The notes below the pieces were generated by a model. That model ran no database searches and had not been told where the DNA came from. It saw only the letters and a program-made list of their open reading frames with translations. A program made the translations under genes and the position numbers. 64,000 nt of DNA, from assembly GCA_964565775.1 (NCBI GenBank), contig CAZMGB010000003.1, positions 139,957 to 203,956 of the forward strand, written 5' to 3'. Positions within the stretch are counted from its first letter, which is position 1. The number at the start of each line of letters is the position of its first letter. The DNA is from an uncultured Dehalococcoidia bacterium. Its GTDB lineage: Bacteria > Chloroflexota > Dehalococcoidia > DSTF01 > JALHUB01. This document shows, in pieces, positions 55,939 to 64,000 of this stretch.

Positions 55939-57822
55939 CTACGCCGGACGGCCCTGGAACTGCGGGTCGTTCTGGTCGAGCCAGACGTTGGCGTGCCAGT
56001 AGCCGACGCCGAACCACGGCCAGACCCGCCCATTCTTCAGGTAGGGACGCTCCACGGTACGCGCGATGTCGTTGAAGAAGCGGTAGCCGTTCAAGATCTC
56101 GGTCAGGACCCGGTCCTGGATCTTGAAGCCGATCTCGCGTCGCTTCTCGTAATCGAACTCCGCGCGCTGGTCCTCGAGCCACTGGTCTAGCGTCGGGTCC
56201 GACACCCGAGAGGCGTTCAGTCCCCCGTTGGTGTGGTCATAGGCGTAGAGCCAGTCGTCCAGGTCCGTGAAGCCGTTGTCGAAGCTCCAGGTGAAGACAC
56301 AGGCCTCCGCCGGTGCGCCGCCGATAGCCCGGGAGAGGCAGGAGATGATCTCCGTGTAGCCGGTGCGGTCCACGTCCGTAATGATCTCCGCGCCCAGGGC
56401 CTGCTCCAGCTCCCGTTTCACCTGGGGCAGGATCTTCTCAGCGATCCAGGGCGGGACGGTGGAGAAGAGGATGCGGATGGGGCCCACGCCATCACGCCCG
56501 CCGGCCGCCTCGAAGAGCTGGCGCGCATCGGCGAGGTCTGCCTCGCGCTCGCCGGGGCCGTAGCGGTAGCCGGGGTAGGTTGCCAGTTGCTCCTGAGGAA
56601 GAGCCCAGCGCACGATCGGCCAGCAGACGGGACCGCTGAGGAGGACACGGGGGTGGCCGGGAGCGGCCGGATATGCCTGCTCACCCAGAGCCAGACGGTC
56701 CTGGGCCTGGTTTATCGCCTTGCGCACGCGCAGATCGTTCAGCGGCGGACGGTCGATGAGTATCGAAGAGGCCAAGCCGCCGGAGGTGCCGATCTCGGTT
56801 AGGATAAGCCCCGGGACCTCGTCGTATATCCGGTAGACGTTGCCCTGGTCAGTGAAGCCGGCGACGTCGACTTGCTTCGTCCTGAAGGCCGTCTCCACGA
56901 CGCTGTCGCTCTCCGGTGGATAGGTGACCTCGATCGCATCGAGGAAGGGGCGCCCCGCCCCCATGTTCTCCGGGTTGTCATCGGCGGCGTACCAGTCGGG
57001 GTTTCGCACCATCCTCAGCAGCTTGAGCGCCTCCAACTTGTCGAGGATGAAGGGGCCGGAGCCCACCATCTTGTTGTCCGCGTTCATGTCGTCGGTCTCC
57101 GGGTCGACGAGCTCGGGTGGGATGATGAACGCGTTGCGGTCGGCCATGAAGTGGATAAAGGGGGAGCAGGGCTTCTTGGTGGTGATCTGCAGGGTATGGT
57201 CGTCTATGATCTCAATCTTGTCGACGGTCTCCCACTGGTAGCGCCGGTAGTAGAGAGCACTCTTGGGACTATTGGTGTTGAGCTGGCGTTCAATGCTGTA
57301 CTTGACGTCCTGAGCAACGACGGCGCGGCCGGCGGTGTCGGGCCAGTTCTTCCGGATCTGTGGCGTGTCGTGGTAACGGGCCGTCGGGCGCAGGCGAACG
57401 ACGTACGTAAGGTCATCGACCTGTTCTGGCATCGCCGCGTTGCCGTGGGCGTCTGACGACAGGTCAGGCCACATGATCTGCTGGATTTCGTCGAAGTAGT
57501 TGAGAATCTTGCTGAAGACTCGCGACTGGACGTTGTACATGGGGCCCAGTCGGGTCTGATGGGGGTCCCGCGTGTCCAGTACGAGGGAGTCATACTGGAA
57601 GCTATGATCGACGCCGCCGCGCGTGACCACGGTGGTCAGGGGTGGCTGGCCGGGCGCGGCCTCCTCGGGCGCCGGGCCCTCTTCTTTCCCTCCTCCGCCG
57701 CCGCCGCAGCCGACGACTGCCAGCCCGGCAGCGCCGGCTCCTGCGGCTGCAGCCCCCGCGAGCAGTCGGCGACGGCTCAGCCTGTGCGCCCGCAGTCTTG
57801 TCCAGTAATTGTCCTCTTTCAT
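55939..57822 (-). CDS. Family-5 (peptide/nickel) ABC substrate-binding lipoprotein with Tat signal
   Basis: SRRRLL Tat motif, VVGC lipobox, DVKYS, GSGPF, RNPDW, D.RVRKA. Confidence 0.9.
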   Translation of the reverse strand: MKEDNYWTRLRAHRLSRRRLLAGAAAAGAGAAGLAVVGCGGGGGGKEEGPAPEEAAPGQPPLTTVVTRGGVDHSFQYDSLVLDTRDPHQTRLGPMYNVQSRVFSKILNYFDEIQQIMWPDLSSDAHGNAAMPEQVDDLTYVVRLRPTARYHDTPQIRKNWPDTAGRAVVAQDVKYSIERQLNTNSPKSALYYRRYQWETVDKIEIIDDHTLQITTKKPCSPFIHFMADRNAFIIPPELVDPETDDMNADNKMVGSGPFILDKLEALKLLRMVRNPDWYAADDNPENMGAGRPFLDAIEVTYPPESDSVVETAFRTKQVDVAGFTDQGNVYRIYDEVPGLILTEIGTSGGLASSILIDRPPLNDLRVRKAINQAQDRLALGEQAYPAAPGHPRVLLSGPVCWPIVRWALPQEQLATYPGYRYGPGEREADLADARQLFEAAGGRDGVGPIRILFSTVPPWIAEKILPQVKRELEQALGAEIITDVDRTGYTEIISCLSRAIGGAPAEACVFTWSFDNGFTDLDDWLYAYDHTNGGLNASRVSDPTLDQWLEDQRAEFDYEKRREIGFKIQDRVLTEILNGYRFFNDIARTVERPYLKNGRVWPWFGVGYWHANVWLDQNDPQFQGRPA

Positions 57823-57888
57823 GCAGTCACCGTCTCCTTTCCCGCCGCACGGTTCCGTTCCGGCTTCCTGCTTCCGATCCCCACTCCC

Positions 57889-58836
57889 TCACGCGCGCAG
57901 CCTTGGGTCAAGGACGTCCCGAAGGGCGTCTCCGGCCAGATTGAACGCTAGAACCGCCAGGCTGATGGCGAGGCCGCTGAAGACGGCCTGCCAGGGCGAG
58001 GTATAGATGAGGTTGCGACCCTCGTTCAGCATCTGGCCCCACGAGGTTCCGGGCGGAGCCAGACCCAGGAAGGACAGACCGGCCTCGGCGATTATGACTG
58101 AGCCGAGGCCGATCGTGAAAATGACGATGATGGGCGCCGCCGTATTGGGCAGGATGTGCTGGATCATCGCCCGCAGGTCCGAAGCCCCCACGACCTTCGC
58201 CGCCTCCACGAACGGCATCTCACGAACGGCGAGCACCGTGCCGCGCACGATGCGGGAGACCTGGGTGATACCCACGATGCCCAGGGCTATGATGAGGTTC
58301 TGAATGTTCGGTTTCATGTACGTGGCGAGGAGGATCAGCAGAAGCAGGGCCGGGAACACTTGAAGAGAGTCCATGAGGCGCTGCAATAGGGTGTCCACCC
58401 AGCCGCCGAAGTAGGCCGAGACGACCCCTACCAGCGTGCCCGCGAGAATGGAGATGGTAAGGGCGCCCACCCCCACACTCAGCGAGCGCCGGGCGCCCCA
58501 GATGATCCGCGACCAGATGTCGCGCCCGGAGCTGTCAGTGCCGAACCAGTGATCGGCCGAGGGCGCCGCCGACCTGTCTAACGTCGTCGGCGTAAGAGCC
58601 TCCGGGTTGAAGGAGCCGGGCTGGTACAGGGGATTCGGGCGCGCGAACGTTAACTGCGGGTCGTAGCGGCCGATTAAGGGCGCTCCCAACGCTGCCACGA
58701 CAAGAAGGACAATGACCACAAGCCCGAAAGTGCCCAGAGGCTTTCGCACGGCCATCCGTCCGGCGACCACCCAGAACGAGGGCCGGTGCGGCAGCCTCCA
58801 CTCCCGTTCGAGGACAGCGCCCGTTTCAGTGGCCAC
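57889..58836 (-). CDS. Peptide ABC permease (DppC-like)
   Basis: HWFGTD..GRDIWSRI, EAA loop FVEAAKVVGA, HILPN, GDALRDVLDPR. Confidence 0.92.
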   Translation of the reverse strand: MATETGAVLEREWRLPHRPSFWVVAGRMAVRKPLGTFGLVVIVLLVVAALGAPLIGRYDPQLTFARPNPLYQPGSFNPEALTPTTLDRSAAPSADHWFGTDSSGRDIWSRIIWGARRSLSVGVGALTISILAGTLVGVVSAYFGGWVDTLLQRLMDSLQVFPALLLLILLATYMKPNIQNLIIALGIVGITQVSRIVRGTVLAVREMPFVEAAKVVGASDLRAMIQHILPNTAAPIIVIFTIGLGSVIIAEAGLSFLGLAPPGTSWGQMLNEGRNLIYTSPWQAVFSGLAISLAVLAFNLAGDALRDVLDPRLRA

Positions 58837-58851
58837 TCCGTATCCTCATCG

Positions 58852-59811
58852 TTATCGATAGCGGATGCGCGGATCCAGCCAGGCGTAGCTCACGTCCACC
58901 ACGATGTTGGTCATCACTAGAGCGATGGCCACCAGGAGCACGATTCCCTGCACCATGGGCAGATCATTCTGCTTGAAGGAGAGGACGACGAACTGCCCGA
59001 TCCCCGGTAGTGAGAACATGCTCTCCAGGATCACGTTGCCCCCGAAGAGTGTCCCCACCAGGAGGCCCAAGACCGTGAACACGGGAATCATGGCGTTCTT
59101 CATGGCGTGGCGTATGATCACAGTCCGCTCTCGCAGGCCCTTGGCCCAGGCGGTACGCACGTAGTCCTGCCGCAACACTTCCAGGAGCTGCGAGCGCAGC
59201 AGGCGCATCATCACCGCTCCCATGGCGAACCCACCCGCCAGCGCCGGCAGGACCATCGCCTGAAGGTTCGCGCTGGGGCCGTGGAAGAAGCTCTCGTACG
59301 TGGTGATCGGCGGACTCCAGCCGAACCAGTTGAAGGCCACCAGCAGCATTAAAGTCGCCAGGTAGAACGAGGGCACTGCTAGGCCGAGCACGGCTAAGAA
59401 GCGCAGCACGTAGTCCAGCCACGTGTCCTGGCGGATGGCGGAGATTACGCCGATGGGGATGCTGATGACAAGGCCCACGATCATCTGGAGAATGCCGAGC
59501 TCTACGGAGGCACCCAACCGCGAGCGGAGCTCGTGGAACACTGTCTTCTGGGAGACGAGAGATGTCCCGAAGTCGCCCTTGATGACGTCCAGCAGATAGT
59601 GGCCGTACTGCTGGATGAGGGGCTTGTCCGTGCCCAGGTCGTGGCGGATGGACGCTACGGCTTCCTCATACTCGAGTCCGCCGACGAAGCCCTGTGCGGC
59701 CCGTTGCTCGGCGAAATCGGCGCGCACGTGCGAAACCAGGAAGACCAGCGTCACCACCAGTACGACGACGGGGATGTTGAGGAGGATGCGCTTTATTATG
59801 TACTGCTGCAC
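58852..59811 (-). CDS. Peptide ABC permease (DppB-like)
   Basis: GDFGTS, QDYVRTAWAKGL, HAMKNA, ESMFSLPGIG, LDPRIRY. Confidence 0.92.
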   Translation of the reverse strand: MQQYIIKRILLNIPVVVLVVTLVFLVSHVRADFAEQRAAQGFVGGLEYEEAVASIRHDLGTDKPLIQQYGHYLLDVIKGDFGTSLVSQKTVFHELRSRLGASVELGILQMIVGLVISIPIGVISAIRQDTWLDYVLRFLAVLGLAVPSFYLATLMLLVAFNWFGWSPPITTYESFFHGPSANLQAMVLPALAGGFAMGAVMMRLLRSQLLEVLRQDYVRTAWAKGLRERTVIIRHAMKNAMIPVFTVLGLLVGTLFGGNVILESMFSLPGIGQFVVLSFKQNDLPMVQGIVLLVAIALVMTNIVVDVSYAWLDPRIRYR

Positions 59812-60053
59812 CTATCGCCCCTCGCGCGCAAAACGCGAACCGTCCGAGCAGCGCCCCGGGTCCTCTGGCGGCGCTCGGAATCGGCCCGCGCCCTTCGCCC
59901 TCGGGCTCCTCCAGCCGGCACCAGGATGGGCGCCCGCTGAGCTACCGGCCGGTGATGGGTGGCATAATTATTGCGCTCGGAGAGTGGAAAGGCAATAGGC
60001 CGACCGTACAGAAGGGACGTCCGTGCAGCGGGGGCCCGCCTGAGGCGGGCGGC

Positions 60054-60956
60054 CTACGGCTCTCCGTCCTGCTTGCGGCGGAGCCTCAGGAACTCCTCCA
60101 GGTCGCGGATGACGGCGTCGCTGGGGGGCAGCTCGGGGCCGCCCAGGGAGGGCTCCGCCTCGCCCTCGACGGCCGCGTCGATGCGCCTCTCCAGCTCCTG
60201 CACGTATGCGGCGATCTCCGGGCTACCTGCTACCACTCCGGCCACCTGCTCCTCAAAGACGCGCGACGCCTCCTCCAGCTCGCCTATATCGAACTGGAGG
60301 CCGAATAGCGAATCGACAAGACGGAGCAGCGCCGCCGCCGCCTTGGGGTTCGCGGTCACCCCCAGATAGTGGGGAACGCTCGCCCAGAGGCTTACGACGG
60401 GCAGACCCCGGCGCCGGCAGGCGTCGTGCATGACGCCGACGATGCCGGTAGGCCCTTCGTAGCGCGTCGACATGACGCCTAGCTGACCGAGCTTCGCGGC
60501 CAGGGCCGGTTTGCTGGCGTAGCCGGCGACGGGGACGGGGCGAGAGTGAACGGCGTCGGCGAGAAGGGCGCCCACGGTGACCACCAGCGAGACGCCGCAC
60601 TGCTCAGCAACCTCAAGCACCTCCGAGGCGAAGGTGCGCCACCTGAGGCCGGGCTCTGTGCCCAGGAAGATGAGAACGTCGTGGTCAAGGGAAGGTAGCT
60701 GATGGTAGTAGAAGTCGTTGGCGGGCCAATCGAGCTGGCGGGCACCCTCCGTCCCGATCTTCACGATCGGCCGCGTACTGGTGAAATCGAAGAACTCCTC
60801 CGGGTCGACGCTGGCGAACCGAGCCGCCGACCACGTGCCGACCAGGAAGCGCGCGGCCATCGTCGCCGACTGGGCAGCGTCGTTCCAGCCAGCGAAGGCC
60901 ATGACGAGGAGCGGCTTACGAAGGCTCGGTCGCTCTTCGAACGTCATGTGCTTCAT
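60054..60956 (-). CDS. PAC2 (proteasome assembly chaperone) family protein
   Basis: AFAGWNDAA, EEFFDF..RP, G.EP.LRW, HSRP, YEGPTGIVG, WASVPHY, ELE.FLR. Confidence 0.88.
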   Translation of the reverse strand: MKHMTFEERPSLRKPLLVMAFAGWNDAAQSATMAARFLVGTWSAARFASVDPEEFFDFTSTRPIVKIGTEGARQLDWPANDFYYHQLPSLDHDVLIFLGTEPGLRWRTFASEVLEVAEQCGVSLVVTVGALLADAVHSRPVPVAGYASKPALAAKLGQLGVMSTRYEGPTGIVGVMHDACRRRGLPVVSLWASVPHYLGVTANPKAAAALLRLVDSLFGLQFDIGELEEASRVFEEQVAGVVAGSPEIAAYVQELERRIDAAVEGEAEPSLGGPELPPSDAVIRDLEEFLRLRRKQDGEP

Positions 60957-61143
60957 GCTGCCGGACTCCCTCCACCGACAGGGTAGACCCTGACGGGAGA
61001 GGTTGCAAGCACCGGCGGGGGCCTGGAGAGTCGACTGCACGGGCCCTCGCTTGCCAGCAAACGGCCCTAAGACGTAATATCGATTTCACCATTCCCCAGT
61101 TGCCAAATCAGCCGACCGACTGTCGGCCGGAAGGGACGAGCAT

Positions 61144-62829
61144 ATGGCCATGCGCTCCGACACCATCAAGCGGGGCTTCGAGCGGGCTCCCCACCGCAGC
61201 CTTCTCCGCGCCACCGGCGTCATCCGCGACGACGGCGACTTCGAGAAGCCCTTCATCGCCGTCGCCAACTCCTACATCGATATCATCCCCGGCCACGCCC
61301 ACCTCCAGGACGTGGGGCGCATCGTCAAGGAGGCGGTGCGGGAGGCCGGCGGCGTACCCTTCGAGTTCAACACCATCGGCGTCGACGACGGCATCATCAT
61401 GGGCCACTTCGGCATGAAGTACTCCCTTCCCAGCCGCGAGCTCATCGCAGACTGCGTCGAGACGGTGGTGGCAGCCCACTGCTTCGACGGCATGGTCTGC
61501 ATCACTAACTGCGACAAGATAGTGCCGGGAATGCTGATGGCCTCCATGCGCCTCGACATCCCCACCATCTTCGTTAGCGGCGGCCCCATGAGGGCCGGCC
61601 GAATGGCAGACGGCAGGTCCGTGGACCTCATCTCCATCTTCGAGGGCGTCGGTGCCTACCGGGCCGGCAAGATCGACGCCGCCGGGCTGCAGGAGCTGGA
61701 GCTGCAGGGCTGCCCCGGCTGCGGCTCCTGCGCGGGCATGTTCACCGCCAACTCCATGAACTGCCTCTGCGAGGCGCTGGGCATGGCCCTGCCCGGCAAC
61801 GGCACCATCCTCGCCGAAGACGAGAAGCGCAACGACCTCTACCGGCGGACGGGCCAGCAGATCCTGGAGCTGGTCGAGGCGGGGCTGACGGCGGGCCAGG
61901 TCGTGACGCCCAAGGCCATCGACAACGCTTTCGCGCTCGACATGGCGATGGGCGGCTCCACCAACACGGTGCTGCACACGCTGGCCCTGGCGAACGAGGC
62001 GGGCCTGGACTACCCCCTCGCCCGCCTGAACGAGGTCGCGGCCCGCGTCCCCTACGTCTGCACCGTAGCGCCCTCCGAGCCCAGCGTTCACCTCGAGGAC
62101 GTGGACCGGGCGGGAGGCGTGAGCGCCATCCTCAAGGAGATAAGCAAGAGGCCCGGCGTCCTCGACCTGAGCCAGAGGACCGTAACGCTCAAGACGTTGG
62201 GCGAAAACATCGAAGGCGCGCGCGTGCTCGACCACGATGTCATCCGCCCCGTAGACAACCCGTTCGACGAGCGGGGCGGCCTGGCCGTCCTCTTCGGCAA
62301 CCTGGCGCCCGACGGCGCGGTAGTGAAGGTGGGCGCCGTCGATCCGTCGATGATGACGTTCAGCGGCCCCGCCCGCATCTACGAATCACAGGAGGAGGCC
62401 GGCACCGCCATCCTCGCGGGCGATGTGCGGGAGGGCGACGTGGTGGTGATCCGCTACGAAGGTCCCAAGGGCGGGCCGGGCATGCAGGAGATGCTGGCCC
62501 CCACGGCCAACATCGTCGGCATGGGGCTGGGCACCAAGGTGGCCCTGATCACCGATGGCCGTTTCTCGGGGGGTACGCGGGGCGCCTGCATCGGCCACGT
62601 GTCGCCCGAGGCGGCGGCGGGCGGGCCCATCGCCGCCCTCAGGAACGGCGATACGATCCACCTCGACATACCCGGCCACCGGTTGGAGGTCGACCTCTCC
62701 AGCGCCGAGATGGAGCGGCGCCTGGCCGAGGCGCGGCCGCCCGAGCGCGAGCTCCCGTCGCGCTGGCTGCGGCGCTACGCCTCGCTGGTGACGAGCGCCA
62801 ACACCGGCGCCGTCCTCCGCGACGCCTAG
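61144..62829 (+). CDS. ilvD: Dihydroxy-acid dehydratase
   Basis: [51 protein letters not shown]. Confidence 0.97.
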   Translation: MAMRSDTIKRGFERAPHRSLLRATGVIRDDGDFEKPFIAVANSYIDIIPGHAHLQDVGRIVKEAVREAGGVPFEFNTIGVDDGIIMGHFGMKYSLPSRELIADCVETVVAAHCFDGMVCITNCDKIVPGMLMASMRLDIPTIFVSGGPMRAGRMADGRSVDLISIFEGVGAYRAGKIDAAGLQELELQGCPGCGSCAGMFTANSMNCLCEALGMALPGNGTILAEDEKRNDLYRRTGQQILELVEAGLTAGQVVTPKAIDNAFALDMAMGGSTNTVLHTLALANEAGLDYPLARLNEVAARVPYVCTVAPSEPSVHLEDVDRAGGVSAILKEISKRPGVLDLSQRTVTLKTLGENIEGARVLDHDVIRPVDNPFDERGGLAVLFGNLAPDGAVVKVGAVDPSMMTFSGPARIYESQEEAGTAILAGDVREGDVVVIRYEGPKGGPGMQEMLAPTANIVGMGLGTKVALITDGRFSGGTRGACIGHVSPEAAAGGPIAALRNGDTIHLDIPGHRLEVDLSSAEMERRLAEARPPERELPSRWLRRYASLVTSANTGAVLRDA

Positions 62830-62960
62830 TCGCGCGCCGCGAGCGCACCAGCTCCCATCGGGGTCATTGGCCCCCGGTTGAGGTCGAGAGAGCGGGACGC
62901 CGCCATGAGAGGCCACGACGGCCCCAATGCTGCCTGGCGCTGACGAGCTGCGCTCCAACC

Positions 62961-62989
62961 TTGACAACCGCGAATCAGAATCGTACCCT
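62961..62989 (+). promoter_or_regulatory. sigma70-type promoter
   Basis: TTGACA-17bp-TACCCT. Confidence 0.5.
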
Positions 62990-63051
62990 TCGACCATTGT
63001 AGGCAGCCCGCCGTCGCTTGCATAAGCAGAGACTATCGGGGAGGTGCACTG

Positions 63052-63867
63052 ATGTGTGAGTTCTGCACTCAACATGGGGAGGGGAAGAAGTGGTATCTGG
63101 AGGCGAAGAACTACAGCCAGGAGCTGCTCAATGAAGAGCGAAAGCGCTTCATGAGGGACTTCTTCGACAACTTCGAGGGTTTCGTTCGCGACAGGCTTGG
63201 CTCGGTGGACAACGCCCTCGCCACCGACCCTGCTGCTGCCAGGGCCATGTTCCCTGCCGTGATCGAGGAGGCGAAAAGAGACCACTACGGGCAGGTCATC
63301 CCCATAGAGGATGTCGAGAAGATCCTTGACATGAGCCTTTCGGTGGTAAGGCTGCCCTGCGCCTGCCGGAGCACTCTCCACGGCTTTCGTGACGCCAGAT
63401 TCTGCTTCGGAGTGACCACCTTTCAGTCGGACTTCGTGCCCGTAGGTCCAGATTTCTCATCAGGCCTGGAACTGCTCGACAAGGAAGAGGCGAAGAAGGC
63501 CATCCGGAAGCTCGACCGTAACGGCCTCGTGCACACGGTGTGGACCATGATCACCCCCTATATCAGCGGCATCTGCAACTGCACGGTCAACGATTGCATA
63601 GCCCTGAAGACCCGCACGCGGCTCGACCTGCCGGTGTTCTTCAAGGGCGAGTACGTCGTCACCATCGATTGGGACGAGTGCAACGGCTGCCGCGACTGCA
63701 TGAAGGCCTGCAACTTCGGGGCCATCAGCTACTCTGCCTATGTGGACAAGTGCTCCATCAATCAGCTCCAGTGCTACGGCTGTGGCGTCTGCCGCGCAGA
63801 ATGCCCTCGAGAAGCCATAACCCTGTCGGATAGAAACGCGATTCCCGCGCTGGCGAACGTGTGGTGA
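63052..63867 (+). CDS. 4Fe-4S dicluster-binding protein
   Basis: MCEFC..HG, CACR, ICNC...C, two ferredoxin-type Cys clusters (CNGCRDC...CN, CYGCGVC...CP). Confidence 0.85.
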   Translation: MCEFCTQHGEGKKWYLEAKNYSQELLNEERKRFMRDFFDNFEGFVRDRLGSVDNALATDPAAARAMFPAVIEEAKRDHYGQVIPIEDVEKILDMSLSVVRLPCACRSTLHGFRDARFCFGVTTFQSDFVPVGPDFSSGLELLDKEEAKKAIRKLDRNGLVHTVWTMITPYISGICNCTVNDCIALKTRTRLDLPVFFKGEYVVTIDWDECNGCRDCMKACNFGAISYSAYVDKCSINQLQCYGCGVCRAECPREAITLSDRNAIPALANVW

Positions 63868-63871
63868 TGCG

Positions 63872-64000
63872 ATGATACAGATAACGTGGGATGAGAAAGA
63901 ATGCACCTCTCCCCAGGACTGCCGCAAGTGCCTTGACGAGTGCCCGCAAGGGGTATTTCACATCTATCCCCGGAACGGGCGCAAGCCGGGGCAAGCCACG
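63872..64000 (+). CDS. Small ferredoxin, 3'-truncated by the window edge
   Basis: Manual translation MIQITWDEKECTSPQDCRKCLDECPQGVF. Confidence 0.7.
   Translation, partial: MIQITWDEKECTSPQDCRKCLDECPQGVFHIYPRNGRKPGQAT

Overview
GC-rich (~67% by eye) bacterial chromosome segment, most consistent with Chloroflexota/Dehalococcoidia. This rests on a GAAC-N4-GTTC LexA box, an NYW..RRR Tat-lipoprotein family-5 binding protein and a PAC2 protein, so the taxon is an inference. 1-31.2 kb is a surface-glycan locus: O-acyltransferase, 5 SAM methyltransferases, 3 AlkP-superfamily enzymes, a sulfotransferase, a radical SAM/SPASM enzyme, a spermidine-synthase-like membrane protein, 3 GT-C, Wzm/Wzt, GT2, 3 tandem GT4, an SDR and RmlD. 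31.2-38.4 kb holds metabolic genes (AOR, MoaD, methyltransferase, M20, hydrolase); three successive spacers there each contain a decayed copy of what looks like a class III nucleotide cyclase 3' end. 38.4-46 kb is a LexA-controlled imuB-small ORF-dnaE2 mutagenesis cassette, interrupted by an AbrB/VapC toxin-antitoxin islet with a duplicated gene tail and carrying in-frame palindromic insertions in dnaE2 and imuB; an ECF sigma-ogt module follows. 46-64 kb holds a FumI-like aminotransferase, FtsX-like permease, hydrolase, enoyl-CoA hydratase, dinB, beta-hydroxyacid dehydrogenase, a REP cluster, a peptide ABC transporter, PAC2, ilvD and ferredoxins. The most striking unexplained signals are the recurring orphan gene 3'-end relics at gene junctions and the coding palindromes. 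No rRNA, tRNA, CRISPR, integrase or transposase was seen. All family calls come from reading motifs by eye, with no database search.
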